Shown in pieces: positions 11,839 to 23,100 of a DNA stretch of 64,000 nucleotides. The position numbers and the translations under genes are program-made. Source of the DNA: Rhodothermales bacterium (GTDB taxonomy: Bacteria; Bacteroidota; Rhodothermia; Rhodothermales; JANQRZ01); the NCBI GenBank assembly GCA_028284265.1, contig JANQRZ010000024.1, positions 64,132-128,131 on the forward strand, written 5' to 3'. Within the stretch, counting starts at the first letter, position 1, and every line of letters begins with the position of its first letter. Below the pieces are notes generated by a model, which was given only the letters and a program-made list of their open reading frames with translations, was not told the origin of the DNA and searched no databases.

Positions 11839-13503
11839 CTACCGCAGCCGCGTCACGCGTTGCGTCTCGACGAAGGAGCCGCTCTTGCTCTCCGCCTCCA
11901 TCCGTACGAGGTACGTTCCGCTCGGCAGGTCTGAGGCATCGAAGTGGAGGTTGTGCGGACCGGCATCGAGCAGGTCGTCTACGAGTGTCGCCACGGTGCG
12001 TCCGAGCACATCGTACACAACCACGCGAACATGGGCAGCATCAGGCACGTCTACGCTGATCTGCGTGGACGCAGCGAAGGGGTTGGGATAGGCCGCGCCG
12101 AGGGTGAACGTGGAAGCCGTCGTTGCTGAGGAGGTGAGTGCGCGGCTGGAGGCCGTCGGCGTACCGAAGGCTTCGACCTCGTAGTAGCGGGCACGCTTAA
12201 AGAGGCCGAAGAACCCCCACTGTCGCCACGGCGGCTCGGTGAACCGGAACTGGACTGCCTTTACCCCCGTGGCGAGCGGCTCGTCGTTGAGGCCACTGAT
12301 GACGATAGCTGATCCTTTCTGGAGATCATGGACCGGGATGTGCTGGAAGTCGCCGAGGCGGATGAACTCGGTGGGCGCACCGACGAGGGAATACCAAACC
12401 TCGTAGGCTTGGGGAAGCTTGCCATGCTCGTCGCCACCGGCCCCGGAGCGAATCTGGTCGATGTCGTAGCCCGCGGTGTGCTCGCTCGTGTTGAGGACGA
12501 ACGTGCTGGTCCACGTATCGTCTCGGTCGTAGGCGAAGTCATCCGACAGGCCGTTAATGGTCGCCGCGATGCCGTCGTTGAGGACGGCGGGGTCGACTCT
12601 GCCATCGTAGCCGGTGTGGATGACACGGTCAAAGGTGGGATTCCCGGTTTGGATGAGGCTCTCCCCGGACGGTTGCCACGGTGTCTGAGACGACGTGCTG
12701 TAGTAGTCGCGCTGCCGCACGCCGTCGTCACGCCCGGGTTCGGGGTTCTGGATTTCTCCGTCGAGGAAGCCAATTGCCTCCAGGCCCTCGAACCAGACCT
12801 CGGCCATTTTCTGGAACCCTTCGAGGCTCGGGTGTACGCCGTCGGGGTTCGGGAAGTCGAGCATCGGCGTGTACATGTCCACCATCGTGACCCGGTGGCC
12901 GAGGGCCTGGTGTCGCGCTACGATGGCGGGAATCCGCTGGTTCAGACCGACGATGTAGTCGCTTGTTTGCTGGCTCGAAGGCGGGTTGGCCGGGATGATC
13001 TGGGCGACGATGATGTAGACGTGCGGCGCATGCGCGACAATGCGGGAGATGAGGTCGTCGAGGCGTTGCTGGACGTTCGGGATGCCCTGGCTGGCGTTGC
13101 CGTAGGGGTGGTAGTTCTGCTGGGCGTCGTTGGTCCCGGCGTGGAGGAGCACCACCGCCGGGTCCCAGTCGTCAAGGCGCTGCTCGATGGGCGGTGCGCC
13201 CCAGAACCCTTCGCCGCTGGCGATCTCGTCGATGCGGTAGGCCGAGTAGCCGTCTTGGTCGTGGTCATGCCCGACGCCATTGTCTTGGTCGCGGCTCATG
13301 CGCCGCCCGACGAGGTCCGGCATCTCAAACGCCTGCGTGACGAGGCGGATCAGCGGGATGCGGAAGCCGCCGTCGTTGCCCTCGGTGATGGAGTCGCCGA
13401 CGGGCATGATACGGATGGGCACCTCCGGCTCCGGGCTGATGTTGGGCTGTGCCTGAACGGACAGTGCGGTCAGGAACAGGAAGAGCGCGGGGAGAAGGCG
13501 CAT
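11839..13503 (-). CDS. Secreted SGNH/GDSL hydrolase with T9SS C-terminal sorting domain
   Basis: The protein has a signal peptide and SGNH blocks (MPVGDSITEG, LLHAGTNDA, DGVHPS). The C-terminal ~90 aa (AYPNPFAASTQISVDVP...LPSGTYLVRMEAESKSGSFVETQRVTRLR) match the Por/T9SS type-A CTD pattern. Confidence 0.8.
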   Translation of the reverse strand: MRLLPALFLFLTALSVQAQPNISPEPEVPIRIMPVGDSITEGNDGGFRIPLIRLVTQAFEMPDLVGRRMSRDQDNGVGHDHDQDGYSAYRIDEIASGEGFWGAPPIEQRLDDWDPAVVLLHAGTNDAQQNYHPYGNASQGIPNVQQRLDDLISRIVAHAPHVYIIVAQIIPANPPSSQQTSDYIVGLNQRIPAIVARHQALGHRVTMVDMYTPMLDFPNPDGVHPSLEGFQKMAEVWFEGLEAIGFLDGEIQNPEPGRDDGVRQRDYYSTSSQTPWQPSGESLIQTGNPTFDRVIHTGYDGRVDPAVLNDGIAATINGLSDDFAYDRDDTWTSTFVLNTSEHTAGYDIDQIRSGAGGDEHGKLPQAYEVWYSLVGAPTEFIRLGDFQHIPVHDLQKGSAIVISGLNDEPLATGVKAVQFRFTEPPWRQWGFFGLFKRARYYEVEAFGTPTASSRALTSSATTASTFTLGAAYPNPFAASTQISVDVPDAAHVRVVVYDVLGRTVATLVDDLLDAGPHNLHFDASDLPSGTYLVRMEAESKSGSFVETQRVTRLR

Positions 13504-13658
13504 GGCGATAGGCGGTTCGGGATAGGGAAAAACGCGGGCGAAGGTAAGACAAATGTAAACCGAGGAAGGCGAGATGTTGTTTTTTCTTGATTTGATTGCC
13601 TAGCTTCGCACATAGAGTAGATTCGGTTTTCCTTCGAGCCCTCAAGCCATTGCCTACC

Positions 13659-14858
13659 ATGCTGCGTGTATCCCTCGCTGTGGTCGCCCTGCTTCTTGTC
13701 ACTCTCGCGGGGTGCGATGCCGCGGATTCTGATGCTCCGCTCGCCGGAGCAACGTCGGCTACGTCTGAATCGATACCAAGTCGCACTGCACCTCCCGTCC
13801 CGCCCGTGCTGTCGGCGACGGACCTCGGCGAGATTGCCCAACTCCCGATCATCCGTGGACGCGACGGAGCCATCAGTGCCCTCATCAACGGCCGCTCCGT
13901 GTGGACCTTCGGTGATACGCCGCTCAACGGTCCCAACGTGGAGGGCTGGAATTGGGTCGACAACTCGCTCTCATGGACGAGCGACCTCGACGCTTCCGAC
14001 GGCATCTCGTTCGAGGGCAACTACGTCGATGCCGTGGGGGCACCGGCGGAGATCGTTCCGTTCCTGCCGCGCGAGCAGCAGTACAACGAGGCGCACGCGG
14101 GCGAAAACTGCGAGGAGGAACCATGCGGTGCGGAGATCGCCTTCTGGCCCGGTGATCTCATCCCGGACCCCGCGCGCAACCGCGTGCTGATGGCGTATTA
14201 CGAACTCTGGCGCATCCCCGGCCAAGAGGGCTGGCGGAGCATCGGGAATGGGTTTGCTGTCTGGGACGAGGGTATGTCGCCGGGAAGCGTGCGGCGGCCT
14301 ATCCAGAACCCCGGCAGCCAGACGCCCATGCTGATGTGGGAGCGCGATGAGATCGCCTACACCAACGCTACGCTCGTTGAGGACGACATGCTCTACGCCT
14401 ACGGGTGCAAGCGGGTGGTTATCCTCCACCGCTGCCGCGTAGCCCGCGTGCCCCTCGCCGACGTGCTCGACAAGTCAGCATGGCAATACTTCGCGGGCAA
14501 CGGAGTCTGGAGCGCCAACCCGGACGACGCGGTGCGCGTCTTCGATGGCGGCTCGGCGGGGACGAGTGTGTTCTACGTCCCGCACTACAGAGGCTACATG
14601 GCGATCTACAACCCCGCCTTCGACAACATGGTGCGCTACCGTGTCTCGCGGACGCCGTGGGGGCCGTGGTCCGAGCCGGAGGCGCTCTTCGAGATGCGCC
14701 CACCACAGGGCACGTTCGGCAACTATTCGGCGCACGCGCACCCGGAGTTCGCCGAGGCCGACGGGCGGGTGCAGTACGTCACCTATGCCCACACGACGGG
14801 GTTTCTCCAGCAGGAGCTTCCGCTCGTCCGCGTCGAGTTCGGTGAGCTACCGGAATAA
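13659..14858 (+). CDS. Lipoprotein, DUF4185-like (glycoside-hydrolase-like beta-propeller)
   Basis: A lipobox (LLLVTLAGCDA) follows the internal start MLRVSLAV. WTFGDTPLNG and the overall beta-rich composition recall DUF4185. The family call is from memory only. Confidence 0.45.
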   Translation: MLRVSLAVVALLLVTLAGCDAADSDAPLAGATSATSESIPSRTAPPVPPVLSATDLGEIAQLPIIRGRDGAISALINGRSVWTFGDTPLNGPNVEGWNWVDNSLSWTSDLDASDGISFEGNYVDAVGAPAEIVPFLPREQQYNEAHAGENCEEEPCGAEIAFWPGDLIPDPARNRVLMAYYELWRIPGQEGWRSIGNGFAVWDEGMSPGSVRRPIQNPGSQTPMLMWERDEIAYTNATLVEDDMLYAYGCKRVVILHRCRVARVPLADVLDKSAWQYFAGNGVWSANPDDAVRVFDGGSAGTSVFYVPHYRGYMAIYNPAFDNMVRYRVSRTPWGPWSEPEALFEMRPPQGTFGNYSAHAHPEFAEADGRVQYVTYAHTTGFLQQELPLVRVEFGELPE

Positions 14859-15310
14859 GCTCACAGCCGTGTCAATAAATGAGCCTACGCAATCTTTGGC
14901 TCTGCGAAAAACAGCGAGACCGGCCAGCGTGGACCGGTTTCAGGTAGTGCGGGGTACACCAAGATACGGGTTTGTCGAACCACGTCATCGATGGATTTCG
15001 CGAGCTTTATGCTCTTCATAATCTGTTGCCCGTCGATTCTATAGACAGGAAGCCATAAAAGCTAAGGCACGTCTAATAGCACCGTGCGGAAAGCCATGTG
15101 AATCGACGCCAGGAAATCATCCCTGATAGGGTCCAATAACCACTCCGAAGGAGACGAAGTGGAGAGTTTGTGCGTCTCGCATTGAGGGCAAAGCAACAGG
15201 ATGCGGTGGTAGTGATCGCTTACATTGATAGGGTTCCTGGGCGTTCCTCCCGGGCACCAACACAGGCTCTATTCAATGAACTCGACCCACCCATACCCGA
15301 AAAACCTCAA

Positions 15311-16912
15311 ATGCTGCGCCCGATTTTCCCTGTTTCTGATGTTGGCTCTGTCTCCGCGCAAGCTGTTATAGGACCTTCCCTTCAGCGCGCCTACCGTTGC
15401 ATCCCACTCGGCCTAGACGGTGAGCATCTCCGCATAGGTGTGGCGGGCGAGCTATCTGCCGAAGTGCTTCGAGAGCTTGCTTTTGCCACGGGGAAGCGTA
15501 TTGAGCAAGTGGCGGTCGATAGTGACGTCATCGAGCAGCACCTAGCGAAGATTGCAGACAGCGAACCTTCCGGGCAGGCAGTCGATGCGCTTGCCGACGA
15601 GGCTGCTGGGCAACACGGGGATGCAGAACCGGAAAACCAGACTGAAAGAAGCGGCGTAGAGAGCAGTCCGATGAGCCCATACACGTTGCCAATGACCGAC
15701 CTCCAAGTCGGTCCTGTTGTTCAACAGGTCGACCGGATCATCCAACGCGCGATCCGGCTTGGAGCGAGCGACATACACATTGAGCCCTACGAGGAGACGC
15801 TCCGCGTGCGCTACCGCTTGGACGGTTTGCTTCATCTGGCAGGCGAGCTTCGGTACGCGCAGCGCGAGGCAATCGTATCGCGGATCAAGGTTCTCGCCTC
15901 GCTCGACATCGCCGAGAAGCGTCGCCCTCAAGATGGACGGATCAGCATCACGCACACGCAAAGTGACTCTACCGGGCAGGCAGTTGGTTCAGGAGCACGG
16001 ACTGTTGATCTCCGGGTATCGGTGCTCCCTACGCATTTCGGGGAGAAAGCTGTACTCCGCATTCTTGACCGGGAGAGCCTGCGTCTTGACCTCGGCGCGC
16101 TGGGGCTTGCTGGGGCCTCGGCTGCGGCCTTCCATCGGGCTATCGAAGCGCCGCACGGGATGGTGCTGGTCACTGGGCCGACCGGCAGCGGGAAGACGAC
16201 TACGCTCTACGCTGCGCTGAGCGCACTCCCGCGAGAGCGCCTGAACGTAACGACGGTCGAGGACCCTATCGAGTACGACATCCAGGGGGTGAACCAAACC
16301 CAGGCAAGGCCCGAGATCGGGTTTTCGTTCCCCGAGGCGCTCCGGGCGTTTCTGCGCCAGGACCCGGACGTGATTATGGTGGGCGAGGTCCGGGACACAG
16401 AGACGGCCGAGGTCGCTGTGCGCGCCGCGCTTACTGGGCACCTCGTGCTGTCTACGCTCCACACGAACGACGCGCCCTCGACGGTGACGCGGCTTGTCGA
16501 CATGGGCGTTGCACCGTACCTCGTGGCAGCATCCGTTCGGCTGGTCGCTGCGCAGCGGCTGGTGCGCCAGGTGTGCCCAGGCTGCAAAGAGCCGTTGGAC
16601 CACGGCCAACTACCAAAGAATCTCGAGCGCGACCTGGAGCGGGTGCTCGGAGCAGGCGAAGCTGCCGAGCTAGTCCAGGGGAGAGGGTGCGATGCGTGCG
16701 GCGGAACGGGCTACCGGGGGCGGATGGCAATCTTCGAAGTCATGCCAATGACCGAAGTGGTAGCCCGGCTTGTTGCAGACGGTGCGAGCACGCAGGAAGT
16801 CCGCATGCAGGCCGAGTCCGAGGGTATGGAGTCGCTCCGCCAGGCGGCGGTGCGGAAGCTCGCCGCAGGTCAGACGACTATAGAGGAAGTTGTGCGCGCT
16901 ACCATCGCCTAG
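15311..16912 (+). CDS. Type II secretion / type IV pilus assembly ATPase (GspE/PilB family)
   Basis: The N-terminal T2SE_N-like domain reads YRCIPLGLDGEHLRIGVAGELS. Walker A is VTGPTGSGKTTT and Walker B is DPDVIMVGEVRD. The tetracysteine motif CPGCKEP...CDACGGTGYRGR is present. The track ORF opens at GTG 15170; ATG 15311 is preferred. Confidence 0.9.
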   Translation: MLRPIFPVSDVGSVSAQAVIGPSLQRAYRCIPLGLDGEHLRIGVAGELSAEVLRELAFATGKRIEQVAVDSDVIEQHLAKIADSEPSGQAVDALADEAAGQHGDAEPENQTERSGVESSPMSPYTLPMTDLQVGPVVQQVDRIIQRAIRLGASDIHIEPYEETLRVRYRLDGLLHLAGELRYAQREAIVSRIKVLASLDIAEKRRPQDGRISITHTQSDSTGQAVGSGARTVDLRVSVLPTHFGEKAVLRILDRESLRLDLGALGLAGASAAAFHRAIEAPHGMVLVTGPTGSGKTTTLYAALSALPRERLNVTTVEDPIEYDIQGVNQTQARPEIGFSFPEALRAFLRQDPDVIMVGEVRDTETAEVAVRAALTGHLVLSTLHTNDAPSTVTRLVDMGVAPYLVAASVRLVAAQRLVRQVCPGCKEPLDHGQLPKNLERDLERVLGAGEAAELVQGRGCDACGGTGYRGRMAIFEVMPMTEVVARLVADGASTQEVRMQAESEGMESLRQAAVRKLAAGQTTIEEVVRATIA

Positions 16913-17172
16913 CGCCGTTCTTTTCCTCTTGTGGAATCTGGATGCCTGGTAGAATGTGATGGCTATTGTATTTGTATTAAACCGGATGAGATAAATCTTG
17001 GGCACCAAGGAATGACCTTGACTTTATGGTGTTTCGGTTTGTATTTGATAATATCGATCGTCCCGCGCTCTGGATGACAGCTTTCCAACGGTGCTTTGAT
17101 GCATCCTTGTTGGCTCCCTTGCGTTTCTATCCTGCTCTCGTAACACGTACGATCCTGCTCCCCCGACTCCAC

Positions 17173-20100
17173 ATGGTCACCGCAAAAATAGTGGGACGCA
17201 CCCGGCGTGCATGTTGGGTTCTCATTGCACTCGTTGCTACCTATCCAGTCAATGTATTGGCGCAGGGAATTGAGGCGCTCAACGGGTACGGCGTGCAGCC
17301 TGAAGTTCACCACTTCGCACGGCCTCAGACGGCTGGAGTGGATGCCTATGGTGATCTCAACCTCCAAGTCCCCGTGATGAATATTCCCGGGCGAGGAGGA
17401 CTCGACTTCGACGTTACCCTCAGCTACCGCTCAGGCATCAAGACGACACAGCGTGCATCGTGGGTGGGTCTTGGCTGGTCCTTCGATCCAGGTTCGATTA
17501 CGCGCTCCCCAAACGGTGGGGCGTCCATGAACAGTACGTTTTATAACGTTGACTTTGCAGAGCCTACCCAGTATCTCCAAGACACGTACTATCTGACCCT
17601 CCCCGGGCGTGGGACGACGGAGATGATCCGGCGTCATAATTTTCTTCCGGCGACGCCCAGTCCCTGGACGGGAGGGGATCTAGATCCGAATGGTTTTTCG
17701 CTTGCTTCGTGGCGCCCTTGGCGGGTCGAGTACTTTGCTGAGGAAGCAGGATACAACCTCATCGATGTCAATGATCTGGATCCAACAGTGGGATGCGCTG
17801 CGGAAGTTGCTGACTACCTCAAGGCCGGGAAGCTTACCTATGTCGGCAGTTCAGGGGATCCTCCTTGGGAGGACAAAGAGGAATTTTCCCACTTCGTAGT
17901 TACTACGGAAGACGGAACGCGGTACGTGTTCGCCGCGCCAACGCTGTCGACCTTCGTTGCAGGAATGCCTCCCAATCACACCGGAGTAGACTACCAGTCG
18001 CTGGAGTATTACGTGGGTGCGTGGCGACTTGTGGCTATTCTTGGCAACGATTACGCCTGGAACGGTGCGCTAAACACGATTCCTTCTAGGGCGAATAATA
18101 ACCTTGACGAGCCTGGCCGTTGGGTGGCGTTCGAGTATTCTCTAGCACAGGGCCTCCTGTCGAGCCGCTCGGGTAATACAGTCTATCCTGACTCTTGGAG
18201 GCATGTTGAGCACGCTCGCTATCTACAAGAGATTATCACGCCAACTCACTATGCTAAGTTTGAAGTGTCGGCTAGTGTTTTTTACGATGGAGGATGTACT
18301 AGCGGTGTCAACCCTGTGGCACGAGGAGAGCACCGGAGTCAACTCAACGGCATCAAGCTCTACAAGCGGGGCCCAGATGGCCAGCTGGAGATGCCGGACC
18401 ACCTTATCAAAGAGGTTCGCCTGGGGTTTGACAATACGCTACACTGCTCTCCGGCAACGTGCGCGGGCGCCAATCCGACGCATACCACGCTCAGTGAAGT
18501 ATATGAGATTGACCGCGCAGGTAACGCACTGCCTGGGTATTCGTTTGATTACGGGGCAAATGTCCCGGGGTGGAATCCAGACCCAGAAGAGTTACAGGAT
18601 TTCTACAGTACGGGGAATACCATTCACGCGATCAGCGATCACTTCCGTTACTTCAACAGGGGAGGAGGAGAGCCTTATGATCACGTCGGACGACACTACT
18701 TCGACACAGACGCTACTGATGCCCGGGCGTGGTCTCTCAGAAAAGTGACCTTCCCAACGGGGGCTTGGGAGCAGTACGACTACGAAAACGATCAGATCGA
18801 CGAACTCCTATATCAAGAGCCTCCCGACAGTGGTTGTGGATCCCAATGTCCAGTGCAAAACTTTACGAACATTCCTTTCTATAGGTATGACAGCGATTGG
18901 GAGGGATATGTTGCAGGTCAGGAGGCCTACTCCTTCAACGTTACATGGCCTCCAGGGACTATAGATCGCTTTGAGGAGCGGTACAGACAAGGTGGTGTGC
19001 GCGTAACCTCTATTACGCGGCCTGGCAGTGATGAAAGTGGCACCAGTCAAGTCACGCAGTACGAGTATGGCCCAGGTAACGCGACAGGGATACCATCTGG
19101 CTTCTGGCAAGAGTTCCAAAGGGACTACAGCGACTACATCTTTACCCCGCCCTCTCGGGGTAAGGACGCTGTCATCTATGATTCAGTAAAAGAGATCAAG
19201 CCAGACGGGACAGAGCGCTACCGAGAGTTTCTAACCTACAGAAAGTATGACATCTTCACGCCGGTAATCGGCGACCAGTACTCCACGCCGCGACGCGTTA
19301 GCTCGGTGTTCTTCCGAGATGAGGCTGATCCCAACTATATAACTGTCATTCAGGGAAATGAGCACCTCAACTGGGGGAGCGTTCTCTACGAGACCAACTC
19401 GTATTGGGGAGGGGCTTCATCGAACCGGATGACGCGGCGGTACTCGTGGCATGATCATCGGATTTACGCTGGCGCTCCAGTGTGGCCCCCAGCAGGGCAA
19501 AACCAGGGAGGCCAACCCGATGAAGCAAGAACGCCCTTCGCGGGCTGGATGCATGCGGGGCTTCTACTTGAGGAGCATGAGTTCGACGGGTACGAGTTCC
19601 AGTTTCCGGAGAGTGACATCTGGTCCACCCAAACAGGGGGCGCTATGCACCGGGGCGCTTGGTACGAATACGACCAAGGAAACAATCCCAATAATGGGTC
19701 TTTCCTTTTAAAGCGGAAGATCGAGACGGTAAGTCTGCCAAGCGACTTTGATTTCTCAAGCGACTGGCAGCGCCAGCTCCGCGTGACCGACTACACACGA
19801 GCCTACGAGAGCTACGCGAGTGTTGACCCCTTGCAGAATCCGTTCTTTGTGAGTGGCAACTTGGCTGCTGTCGCCCAAGAAACGGTCTCTGACGCACGGG
19901 TCGGGTGGCAAGACCAGATCAATGTCTGGGACGACATCAGTCACCCGATGGCGTCTGTGACACCTATGACATCGGTTGTGACGACATGGAGCAACACATT
20001 GGGAGTTGCCTCGTGGAAGCCGTCAGAGTCATACGTATGGCTCAAGGAGAATAGCGGGGAACTGGCCCACTATTGGAGCTCGTCAGTCTATCCGACGGAC

Positions 20101-23100
20101 TGGACTGGCGGTAGCGCGGGTGGTGACTGGTTGCTTCAAGAGAAGAACGTTGGCTTCGACCAGCACGGCCAGGTGACGAGCCGGACTGTAGGTGGTGTTG
20201 ACCTGTTACTCGAGTACGGGGGGTGGAAGAACACCGAGCTTCATAAGGTCACGGCAGGCAGTGGCAGTGAGACGGTCTCTCGCACGCTTTACTACGACTC
20301 GGAGACGGGTCTCCTTAACGAGGTCTTGGACGACAACGTGGAGGGGCCTTCGTTTGCCTACGACGAGAGCCTGCGGCTTGCCGAGACGCTCGATGCAGAG
20401 GGGCGCGTCACGGCAGCCCACAACTACCACCTCCGTGGTGAAGGGGGTATCGTCTCTAGTGCCCCTAGCCACGCAGAGACGGTTGTCTACGCCAACGGAA
20501 ACCTGATCCGAAACGGCTCCTTCGAGCTTGCCGAGCGGAATGGATGCCAACCAAGTGGCGCAGCGCAAGCGTGGACGATGGGCGGTGCCACGTTGCAGTG
20601 CTACCGAACGGACGCAGCCCTGGGTGTCTCGTATGCCGAGACTACCTCTTCAACGGCGATCACCCAGAGTGTCACAGTCGAACCGGGGCGAGAGTACGTC
20701 GTTGTGGTGTTTTTCGGCGGGGCGGGTGCTCAGGGGCGGCTGCTCCTCGCCGACGGAAGCGGATCGGCGAGTGGAATCGAGGTTCTGGATTCCGACGGAG
20801 ATCTTACTGAGGGGCAGTTGTCGGGCTGGCACACGCTCACCGAAGGGGGCGGCCAAAGTGGAGCGTGGCGGATGAGATGGGCACGGGTCCGACCGACCGT
20901 TAGTACGATGCAGGTGGGGCTTGCGCGGGAAGGCGGAGGTGGTGCCCTGCGGATCGATGCTGTTGCTGTGACGCCGATTCACGAGGGCTACGACCCTGAG
21001 CAGGACGACGACAGGTATCTGGACCTGGCATATCCTTCTGTTGCCGTGGGCTACACCAACCGCTGGGGCGAGACGGTGCAGACGGTCACAGCGGAGGGGC
21101 CGTATGCAATCTCAGAAGAGACAACGCAGCACCAGACGCTCGACGTGCTCGGGGCAGTCACGAAAGCCTGGCTCCCCGTCCGTGGGGAGTACGGCACGAG
21201 TGTGATTGGTGCCTACGGTACAGAAGCCCAGGTTGGCGCTCGTGCTTCGACCTATTATTCAGGGAGCCATGTAGATGATGGCGTCCCGGTGCCGGGAGCA
21301 GGAGGAGTGCCGTTTGCCGAGCAGGAGTACTACCAAGACCTCCACCGGATGCCCAAGCTCTCCCGGCCGCCGGGCGACGACTTCAGTGATGATGAGACGA
21401 GGTTCGAGCACGTCGTTGCGGGGGTCAGCGTTGAAGATGGGCGGGTCCGTACCGAACTTGGACGGGTCGAGGACCCTGACGGACGGATCACCCATACCTA
21501 CGTCGACTCAGAAGGGAAAGAATGGATGAGGCGGCAGGTAGGGTCGAGCGATCAGCTACCAGAGGACTCCAAAGTACTCCACAACTACGTCGATGGTGCT
21601 AACTATCAGACCTGTGGGGCACCTCGAGAGGCAGCACCGGAGACGGGTCTGCCCCAGCGTACGCCGGTTTCGGGGCCGTGTCCTGTGATAGAAGAGGTTA
21701 CCGTGCAGCTTCGCCAGGCCATCGAGTACGAGGTCCATCTCGAAGTTGGCGGACTGACCAACGCCGGGCTAGTGATTGCAGAAGTCAATGTCTACGAAGA
21801 AGACGCAGGGACGTCGTGGCCCTACTACCACCCCATTCTCGTGATGCGCGAGACGGTGTCCAACGAAGTGAGTGAGGCGTGCTCGGAGACCTATGACGGA
21901 ACTCAAAGCCCTCAGATAGACAACTGCCGCTACGCTCTGAAGACAGGGTTTGTGCTGGCCCGACCCGGGAAGAGGTACATCTTCGAAGCGAACACGCTCA
22001 TCACCACCGACGACGATCATACCGTAGAGAAGCACGCTAGGGTGGATGCGATCGTTCGCTATTACGCTGGGGATCTAGCTTCAGGTGTCACACGGCCGTT
22101 TACGGAGACAGAGTCCGAGTATGACTTCAACGGCAACCTCACCGTGGTCCGCCCGCCGAACTACTTCGAGCCGCCGAGTGGCACCGACAGCGACTACGAG
22201 ACGCGCTACACCTACGACTCGGCGGGCCGGATGCTCTCGCAGCGCACGCCGGATGCCGGGACGACGACCTATGGGTACGACGAGCATAGCCGGATGCGCT
22301 ATAGCCAAGATGCCAATCAGGCGGCTGCAAACAGTGGGGCAGGCGAGTTTATGCTGTACTGCTACGATTCGGTTGGAAGGATCTCAAGGCAGGGGTTGGT
22401 AGACGTACTTCCTCCTGCGGGAACGTGCCCGGGCGAGACCGACCAGAGTGTGGACTGGCGGCTCATCAACCGCTACGATGAGGCGGTAAACCTCTCCGAT
22501 GCGCCATTCAATGGGTGCAACGCAGGATGTGCTTCGTTCGAGTCGCAGTTAGAGAACACGGCAGGGCGGCTGGTCGCCTCGGCCCATAAGAGCAACGGGC
22601 AGTGGCAGGCGACGTTCTACTCCTATGATGCCGACGGCCGGGTGGTGATAGAGGCCAAGCGTGCTGATGGTGCTGCACCCGAATGGGATTACCATCGCTT
22701 CGCCTACGACGCAAGCGGTAAGGTCGTCTGGACGAACGTGGACATTGGCGATCACGAACTCACCCACTACTATACCTATGACCGGCGTGGGCTGCTTCAC
22801 CGCTCCTATGTCTCATCACAGGCTTCCATGCCGTCGCGCCCCGCAGAGCCGGATGCCGAGTACACCTACGACGTCGCGGGCCGCATGGCAAAGGTGGGTC
22901 TTCGGAAGACCAACGGAGGTAGCTTCAGGGTCTTGACGCCCTACACCTATGACATCCAGGGGCGGCTCGTTGCCATTGGAGGCATCGATAAGGATCCGTG
23001 GGCATCGTCAGCCCCCTTCTCGTCTCGTTACACGTACAGCGCCGCAGGACTAATCGAGCGTGGGGACTATCTCACGCCGGATGCAGTCCAGTATGCTAGT

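Noticed and set aside
12328-13590. 420-aa plus-strand ORF opposite the SGNH hydrolase; the same class of artefact occurs at 5791..6717(-), 50594..51622(+), 53076..54026(+), 59963..60970(-), 62784..63785(+), 30302..31144(-), 35000..35623(-)
   Set aside because: Each lies antisense to a gene with strong family motifs and has biased Arg/Gly/Asp/Val composition. They are treated as high-GC shadow ORFs.
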